Below, piece after piece: positions 55,701-64,000 of a DNA stretch of 64,000 bases. The translations under genes and the position numbers were made by a program. This stretch comes from Phaeosaccion multiseriatum (taxonomy: Eukaryota; Protista; Ochrophyta, other classes), in NCBI GenBank assembly GCA_965112735.1, contig OZ218956.1, positions 2,480,001 through 2,544,000 of the forward strand. Direction: 5' to 3'. The notes under the pieces were generated by a model, which was not told the DNA's origin, did not search any database, and worked only from the letters and a program-made list of their open reading frames with translations. How positions within the stretch are numbered: the first letter of the stretch is position 1; each line of letters starts with the position of its first letter.

Positions 55701-58700
55701 CCTCCCTCCCTCCCTCCCTCCCTCCCTCCCTCCCTCCCTCCCTCCCTCCCTCCCTCCCTCCCTCCCTCCCTCCCTCCCTCCCTCCCTCCCTCCCTCCCTC
55801 CCTCCCTCCCTCCCTCCCTCCCTCCCTCCCTCCCTCCCTCCCTCCCTCCCTCCCTCCCTCCCTCCCTCCCTCCCTCCCTCCCTCCCTCCCTCCCTCCCTC
55901 CCTCCCTCCCTCCCTCCCTCCCTCCCTCCCTCCCTCCCTCCCTCCCTCCCTCCCTCCCTCCCTCCCTCCCTCCCTCCCTCCCTCCCTCCCTCCCTCCCTT
56001 CCTCCCTCCCTCCCTCCCTCCCTTCCTTCCTTCCTCACCTCATTAGCCTGTGCCTTCTTGTTGGCTTTTTCGTCGAGGTCTGTCTTGAGCTTGGACTGGT
56101 ACAGAGACATGATGTTGGAGGCGATTACGTTCTCCCATTCCCCATCCAGCCGGGCCTTTGGAGGTGGTGAGAAGGTGAGAGAGGGGAAGGGGAGGGCGGG
56201 GATGAGCGTGTGGGAGAGGGGGGAGGTCGTAGCAGAAGGAGAGGAAGAGGGAGAGAGGAAGCGGGAGAGGGAGAGGGAGAGGGAGAGGGAGAGGGAGAGG
56301 GAGAGGGAGAGGGAGAGGGAGAGGGAGAGGGAGAGGGAGAGGGAGAGGGAGAGGGAGAGGGAGAGGGAGAGGGAGAGGAAGAGGGAGAGGGAGAGGGAGA
56401 GGGAGAGGGAGAGGGAGAGGGAGAGGGAGAGGGAGAGGGAGAGGGAGAGGGAGGGGGAGAGGGAGAGGGAGGGGGAGAGGGAGAGGGAGAGGGAGAGCGA
56501 GAGAGAGAGCGAGAGGGAGAGGGAGAGGGAGAGGCAGAGGGTAGACGGAGAGGGAGAGGGAGAGGGAGAGGGAGAGGGAGAGGCAGAGGGTAGACGGAGA
56601 GGGAGAGGGAAAGAGAGAGGGAGCGGGAGCGGGGGGGGAAGAGGCCACTTTCGCACCTTTTCCTCTTTCTCCTTTGCTGCCGCTTCCTCGAGCGCTCTTT
56701 TCGCCCTCGCTTCCGCCTCTTGTCTCTGTTCCTCCGTCTGTCGCCTATCCACTGCCACCCCCTGTCCCTCCCTCCCTCTCCTCCCCGCTCCCGCCTCTGA
56801 GTCAGCCTCGGACCGAGAATAAGAAGAAACAGAAGAAGAGCAAGAAGTGGTGCTCCGCCTTGTGAGGTCTAGACTCTCCCTCGTCTCGCTAAAACCGACC
56901 CGCTTGCCCACACAGTTACTGCTGCTGTTGCTGCTGCTGTCCTGTGTGGTCGTCGGCCGCTTTCTCGAAGGAGAGACAGCGAGAAGGTCTCCCTCCCGCC
57001 CTCCCCCTCCCCCCCCCCCTCCAGGGCTTGTCAAGGTGGGGAAGAGAGCCGTCGTATCTTCCCCTTTCCCCTCCTCCAGCCCCGGCATGGTCCACGATTC
57101 GAGAAGAGGAGCACCTCCTCCTCCTTCTTTTCCTTCTTGTCCCTCTGCAGCAGCCTTCCTCCTCCTCGCCCCTCCTCCTCCGCCTGCGCCGGCGGTGGCC
57201 ACAAGTCGTGTGGAGCGTTGCAAGATGGCGTCCACTCGTGGCCCACACGGCACGTGCCTCGCATGACTCTGCTGCTGTTGTTGCTCCTCTTCCTCTTCGT
57301 ATTCCCCTTCTTCGCTCGAGAAGTACTCCTCGCCCTCGCTCGAGTATCCCCCACTGTCACCGCTCCTCCCGCTTCTTCTCCTCCTCCTCCTCCTCCTCCC
57401 CGCCCTCCTCGAACCCTCCTCCTCGGTCTGGTTGGGATCCCTGTAATTGGGGTCGAGAATAGCCCTACTGGAGGACGTTTCTTCCCCATTCCCCCTCCTC
57501 TCCCTCCTCCTAGTCTCCTTCGACTTCTTCTTTCTCCCTGTGCCACCACCACCTTTGCTGGTGCTACCGCTGCGCCCATCCTGCTGCTGTTGCTGCTTCT
57601 GCTTCTGCTTCTGCTTATTCTTCTTGATCATGTTCATTCTCCTCGCCCCCTCTATGATCCTGGTCTTGAGCTCCTCTGCCGCCAGCGGACTGCTCCTCAT
57701 GTACCTTTCCACCCTCTCGGCGGCGCCAACAGGGTGTACATCCATCACCGTCGCCGGACGGAAGGCATCCAGGTCGCTGTTTTTGCTCCTCTTTGTCCCC
57801 TCCTCAACCCGTGACTCCGCCCTCCTCCGCGTCCCTGCCATGGTCACGGGTCTAACCCGGTCACCCTTTTGGCTTTGGGTCCTCGTCCGTCCGGGCTGCT
57901 GCATCATCGACTGCTGCGGCTGCTGCTGTGGCGGCTGTTGCTGCTGCTGCTGCTGTCGCTGCTGCCGCCTTGCCCCATCCCTCCTCGCTGCCCTTCTCTC
58001 CTCGCTCTCAGAGCCGTAACTATCATGTTCACAGTCGTACATGTCTCTCTGTTCGCCCCCCCCCCCCCCCCTCCTCCTCCTCCTCCTCCTCCTCGCCCCC
58101 TTCTCGGCGCGTCCTGCATCGATGTGCGTAGCGCCCATCCAACGACACAGTCTTTGCTCTATTGTCGGAGGTCAATGACTCTACACGCTGCCGAATCACC
58201 AACCCGCCCCCACCATCGTCACCAGCAGTCAGTCCCAGCCCCTGCCCCTGCCCTTGCTTGGCTGTATCACCAACTGCCGTGCCTCTTCCCCCTCTCCCTC
58301 CTCCTCTCCCTGCTGGCACCGCTGTACCGCATCGAGAATACTGACTGCTCCCGTTCCCGTTCTCCGGAATAGAACTGGCAGCTGGTGAGGGCGCCCCTTC
58401 GAACCTCGAGTGGATTATCTGCCGCTCCTGCTGCTGTATCACCAACTGTTGCTGCTGCTCTTGCTGCGAAGAGTCAGCTTCCCCATCGCCCTCCGGACCG
58501 CTCTCCTCACCACCGTCGCTGCTGCTTATGCGCAGTACTGTGGGGCGAGGACGGCGTCGACCGCGCTGGCCTGATTTCTATTGTATGGCAATTCGAGAGG
58601 AACGAGGAAGGTTGTGGTGCAAGCGAATCAAGTAAGCTCCGGAGGGAAGGTAGAGCTCGAGGGCTGAAGAGAGACGGAGAGGGGGAGAACGTATGAGAGA

Positions 58701-59367
58701 GAGCCGTTCAGCCGCTCATATACCCGCCCACTCACCTGCTGAGAAACAGAAATACCTCCCGGCCCGCGGCTGCCATTGGCGGGTCTTCTTGTCCCCCGCT
58801 TGTCCGCCAGCGCCCCCAGCTCCTTCTTCCGCCTCCCTGCTGCTGGTGCTGCCCCTAGCCCCAGTTCAGCCTTGACGTGGCTTAGCACTCGATCAGAGAT
58901 ATCAGAAGTGTCGCGGAAACGACGCAGACTCTGGAAGGGGGCAAGGATGTGTGCGAGGATGGGGAAATGAATGAGCAACATGTTCCCTTCTCACTGCCAA
59001 GATGCTCTCCACCACTCCGTTGGAGCTTTACTCAGTCTTCCAATCCTCACGCCTCCTGCAGCATCCCAAGTTCATGTCCCACACATCCGCATACCTCGTT
59101 CTGCTGGCTGAGCTCCGTAATCAGCTCCTGTTGCTGCCGCAAAAGCTGCGCAACAACCAGGCCCTGCTGCTGGCCTGCTTTGTCCGATTGTCCCGGCGGG
59201 ATGTGCTGCTGTAGTCTCTGCAAGGACTGTGCGACATGTGCACTCGCTTCTTCCTCGGCAACCCCCTTCTTATCACTAATACCCGTGCTGCTACCGCTCT
59301 CGTTGCTGCCGATGGTGTCCTTGTACTCTGCCTCGCCCTGCTCGAGCAGAGGGCCGTTGTTCACCAT
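52716..59367 (-). CDS. Large low-complexity protein with C-terminal TPR-like helical repeats, function unknown; about 9 exons
   Basis: Spliceable exons from ATG 59367 ([11 protein letters not shown]). TPR-like segments [61 protein letters not shown]. Stop at 52716-52718. Frame break at C16 58056-58071. Confidence 0.7.
55561..56030. repeat. (CCCT)n microsatellite, intronic
   Basis: Visible directly. Confidence 0.98.
56263..56610. repeat. (GAGAGG)n hexanucleotide array, intronic
   Basis: Visible directly. Confidence 0.96.
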
Positions 59368-59657
59368 CGGCTCCCACTTGACTTCCCAGCATGCGAAGGA
59401 GTGTGTGTATCACACGCACGTCACGGCTATCATACTGTCCATCTTTCTGTGGCTCCCACACTCTTCCGTCCTTTCCTCCCCACTCGCATCCCCACGAGGT
59501 ATGACAGTTTCGGAAATTTCAGCTCCTTAAGAGGTGGTCATCTCCGTTGTGGATCCTTGCCGGCGGGAGGAGAGGGAGAAGAAGCCGCAGCAGCAGAATC
59601 AGGTGGAGGAGGGAGAGGTTAAGGACTAGGAGGAGGAGCTGGAGGCAGAAGGCTTGA

Positions 59658-62253
59658 ATGGCGCCGTACATTCGCTCCCTGAAGAGGGGCCTCAGCGGCA
59701 GCTCCGGGGCGTTGCAAATACACCCCCTTATTAGGGCCTGCGACGAAGATTCTCGGCAGCAGAAGAAGCAGCAGAAGGAGGAGGAGGACGATGAGTGGTC
59801 TGGTGCCGAAGACGCCAGACTGGTGCCCGGGGAGGGCGGCACGAGGAGGGAGAGCAGGAGGGGGTCATCACGAGGATTATTAGCGGCCTTCACGAGCAGT
59901 AGCAGTAGAGAGCCAATTCTGCCTGATGATAATGAGAGCGGGGAGGGGTCACTTGGCCAGGAGGATGGGAGGGTGGTGGGAAAGGGGGCGGGCGGGAAAG
60001 GAGACGATCCAGCTGCGCCGAATTCCACAGAGGAGCAAGGTGGCGAATCCTTGCCTGGTCAAAAGAAAGAAGAGGGCAGCGGCAATGGAGAAGAAAAGCA
60101 TGGAGGGGTGGCAGGCGGCGCTGTAGCGAGGGAAGGGCCAGGAGAGGGCGATGTGAGTCAAGAAGGAGTGCAAATGGTAGGACAGGAGCACAGAGAGATG
60201 GAGGAGAGGCAGGGAGAGGACACCGCTATCACCCCTCTTCTCCGCACCCGGAACAACAACAACAGCAGCAGCAGCAGCAGCAGCATTAGGGGCGAGAAGA
60301 ATCTCCACACGGAGGGAGGGGGCTCTTCGCAGCATGACGGCTCGAAGCGCCTCCTCCTGCCTCCTTTCTCCGAGCAAGATGAAGAGCAGCAAGCAGGGCA
60401 AGCGCAAGCAGCCCCAGCAGCCACTACACCAAGGACCGCCCCGTCCACACCAGCCATGGCAGCAGACAACAACAGCATTAAGCAACAGGAGAAGAAGCGT
60501 CGTCTCCCGCTTCTGGCCAGCTCTGCCGTGATCATGGTGGGTAAGATTCCGCAGCGCATGATGAAGCAGAGGCGGCGGCTGCTAGTGGATCTCATGTGGG
60601 CGGAGAAGCTTTGGCTGCTTGTGGACCTCCTACAGATGTACGCGCTCCTATGGCAGCTGTCTCAGCCATGGCCATGGCCGCACTTCTGGCTGGTGTACAC
60701 GCGTTGGACGCTCGCCTTTAATGGAGATGTCATGGGGCTGCTGAGTGAAGGGTCCACCCTCGGCCGCACCGGGCTTGGTCAGACCATCTCGGTGGGGGGG
60801 CAGCTCAATAACTACATGCTGTACGCATGCCTCTGGGGCTGTGTACCGCTGCTACTGGGCGGGCTGTGGCTGGGGGGCAGCGTGATGCAGTCCGACAAGG
60901 CCGTGCTGACGTGTTGGGGGGCGCACGAGTTTTTCATTCGGCGTGTGCAAGTACCTCTAGCGATGGCGCTGCTGCTCGTTTCGAACCTCCTCGCGCTGCC
61001 TATCGGACTCGGCATTCTGCGGCTGTGGGTGTGCAGCGAGGGCACGGGTAGTGACGGTGATGACCAAGGGATGGCGAGCATGGGGGGTGGCAGCGGATGG
61101 TATCTCGATGCGGACCCCTCTCAGGCCTGCTGGACGGGCGGGCACTGGTGTGTGACCTTGGTGTTGACTGCCATCTTCCTCTCCTTCGTGAGCGTGCTAG
61201 TGAGGACCAACTACCGCACTGCCAATCAGCTTGTCACCTTCGATAAAGGACACTTGGACCACGAGCTGTCGCTGCAGGTGCGCACTGATAGACTGACTGA
61301 CTGACTGACTGACTGACTGACTGACTGACTGACTGACTGACTGACTGACTGACTGACTGACTGACTGACTGACTGACTGACTGACTGACTGATTGAATGA
61401 ATGAATGAATGAATGACTGAAGTGTCTGACTGACCGATTGAGTGACTGTCTGACTGGCTGGCTGGCTGATTGACTCACTGACTCACTGACTCACTGTCCC
61501 ACTGACTCACTGACTCACTGACTCACTGACACTGAATAACCGACTGACACCCACCCTCTGTCCTGACAACCCCCCCCCCCCAACCCCCTTAGCTGCTGGA
61601 GCTTGAGTTCCTACTGGAGGTAGGGGATAATTGGCTGTACGAGAAGGCGTGGCTGGTGACCAGCTTCAGGAGGGGAGCCCTGCACACGCACAACGGCATG
61701 CTCGTCACCAAGCTGGTGCTGCTGCTCGTCTACCTCTCACTCAAGGGCAGCCCCAGGCTTCAGGCGGTGCTTTTCTGGGCCATCCTGACGGCTTGGCTGG
61801 GCCTTGCCGTGCTGCGGCCTCCTTACCGCTGTCTCTCCTCCAACATCGTCTACGTGGTCACCGCCGTGCAGGTACGTTACGATACGATACGTTAACGGAT
61901 GTTACGTAAGAGGGAACAGTGGCTTCCCAAGTGCCTTGTTTGCGTCTAACCTCCCTCCCTCCCTCTCTCCCTCCCTCCCTATATGCCTCTAAACTGCAGC
62001 TCATCGTGACAATGTTTCTGGCCATGCTTACGGGGTATAGAGCAAGAAGCAGCGTGCTCGTGGCCTCCACACAGTACCAGTGGCTCTGCGTCGTCAACGG
62101 GTGCGGCTTCTTCTCGCTTGTCTTGTATCTCTTTTGGCACGCCTGGGCTGCCGTCCAGGGGCACTCTTACGCTCGCTGGCCCACCCTCACCACCCTTGGT
62201 ACGTCGCGTCCCAACGCTCATCCTCGCCCTCACTCTAACTCGCACCCTTACCT

Positions 62254-62322
<69 letters not shown>

Positions 62323-64000
62323 CTCTCACCCCTGACCCCTCTCCCTCGTTACATGCCCAGAGAATGTGATTCGCTCCCCGCACAAGATGGCGTGGATCTC
62401 CTCCCTGCGTGCGGCTCGGCAAGTGCTGCAAGTGTGCGCGGTGCGGCCTAGGGAGCTCGTACCCATCCATGACGTACGTAACGTAACGTAACGTAACGTA
62501 TAGTTCTTACGTAGTTGCGTGGAGGGCCCTGTGCCTCTCCATCTGCTCTTCTGTTCTGCTCTGTGTCTATATGTGCCCATACGCCTCCACTCTGCTCTTC
62601 TCTGTGTCCATATGCCTCTACTATGTCTCTATGCCCGTATACTCTCTAAACAGGTGGAGGAGCAGATGGCACGTGTGAGGGAGTGCTGGAAGGCGGCCAA
62701 AGAGGAGGAGAGCATCTTGGAGTGGGTACTGAGAGAGACACTCGAAGACTTGGCTCGCACTCACACTGACTACCAACAGGGCTCCCTCCTCCCTGGTCGG
62801 CTTGGTCTGGTTGCCGCCCAGCTCGATGACCATCGCACTCGGCAGGCCATGAAGAGGAGAGCTGTGGGAACAGTGCTCTCCTCGAGGAGGCAGCGGGTGC
62901 TGCTGCTCAAGCTTCTGGCGGTGGGTGCGTTTCTGAAACGCATAAAGCACCGGCGCACCCCCATTAGTAAAGGTATGGTGCAGCATATGCGAGTGGAGAC
63001 AGAGAGACTTCTGAAACCGCCGGTGCAGTTGGAGCGACAGGCTGCGATGACGGGGCTCTGCAAGCAGTGGAAGAGGGTCATACGGAAGTGGGAGGCGGAC
63101 TTTCGGAAAGGTACGAGAGGAAGGGAGGGGAGGGGGGGGTGGCTATGGGTATCAACGTGGAACTCACAAACTTCATGCGAGCAGAACAAACGTAACTCAC
63201 TCCCTCCCTCCCTCCCTTCCTCCCTCCCTTCCTTCCTTCCTTCCTTCCTTCCTTCCTTCCCTTTATCCTTCCCTCCTTCCTTCCTTTGTTCCTCCCTTCC
63301 TTCCTTCCTTTTTCCTTCCTACCTCCCTCCCTCCCTCCTTCCCCTCCCTCCTTCCCGTCCACTACCCTCCCTCCCTCCCTCCCTCCCTTCCCCTCCCTCC
63401 CTCTCTCCCGCAGAGCACGGTCGGTTGCCCGAGAGCCACGACAAGGAGCGGGAGTGCTCGGAGTGGTACCTGTGCTACCGCCGTCTGCACATGGCGCTTG
63501 ACAGCATCCGTAGCGCTATTGTAGACCCGCTGTCTACCGCGAGGATGATGACAGCTGCTGGACAGCGCAGAGGGAGCTTCGAGAGAGGAGGAGGAGGAGG
63601 AGGAGGAGGAGGAGGAGGGGTGCGGCGACGTTCGAGCGCGTCGTCAGGGAGCTCCAACGACCTCGCGGCGGTGAGACGGAACGTGGAGCAGGAGCAACGC
63701 GCATTCGCACAGGCCTTGGTGGACCTTACGCTCACCACGGAAGCGCTGCTGAGCTCGGGGGGGGCGAGTGTTGAGTTCATGGAAGAGGTGAGAGAAGTGG
63801 AGGAGGACGAGGAGGGGAGGAGGGTGGTGGTGGTGGTGGTGGTGTTGGTGGTGGTGGTGGTGGTGGTGGTGGAGGAGGAGGAGGAGGAGGAGGAGGAGGA
63901 GGAGGAGGAGGAGGAGGAGGAGGAGGAGGAGGAGGAGGAGGAGGAGGAGGAGGAGGAGGAGGAGGAGGAGGAGGAGGAGGAGGAGGAGGAGGAGGAGGAG
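59658..64000 (+). CDS. Multi-pass membrane protein of unknown function with disordered N-terminus; 3' end not resolved in window
   Basis: 548-aa ORF with LLVDLLQMYALLWQLSQPWPWP, several hydrophobic helices and WYLDADPSQACWTGGHW. Continues in spliced exons 61593-61871 (LAVLRPPYR) and about 61999-62198, then helical exons to about 63790. Confidence 0.75.
63871..64000. repeat. (GGA)n microsatellite running off the window
   Basis: Visible directly. Confidence 0.97.

Overview
Eukaryotic nuclear DNA that is GC-rich, intron-dense (GT-AG) and full of microsatellites. It is most likely a photosynthetic stramenopile alga (inferred from signal peptide + ASAFAP-like bipartite leaders on CtpA and ABC1K). 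Most ORFs in the supplied track are repeat artefacts, so I rebuilt the genes by hand from splice sites. In order: an RCC1-repeat/mucin-stalk/multi-TM protein (-), an S41 C-terminal protease (+), an ABC1K kinase (-), tafazzin (+), a weak hypothetical (+), deoxyhypusine hydroxylase (-), an intronless PPR-Smr protein (-), cyclin H (+), a KIF12-like kinesin (-), DLST (+), a TPR-like protein (-) and a multi-TM protein (+, runs off the end). Unexplained structure: (1) a dispersed motif CAG-TTGGTGATA-CA(G) in both exons and introns; (2) four related MITE-like elements sharing termini and a GCCGGCGCCAGCCGGC core but built from different repeated words; (3) introns with G-rich 5' and C-rich 3' halves, and microsatellites that repeat splice signals; (4) a 1699-bp tandem duplication of the PPR/cyclin H bidirectional promoter; (5) four coding G-runs that each break the frame by one extra G. 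Exon coordinates are manual and may be off by a few bases.
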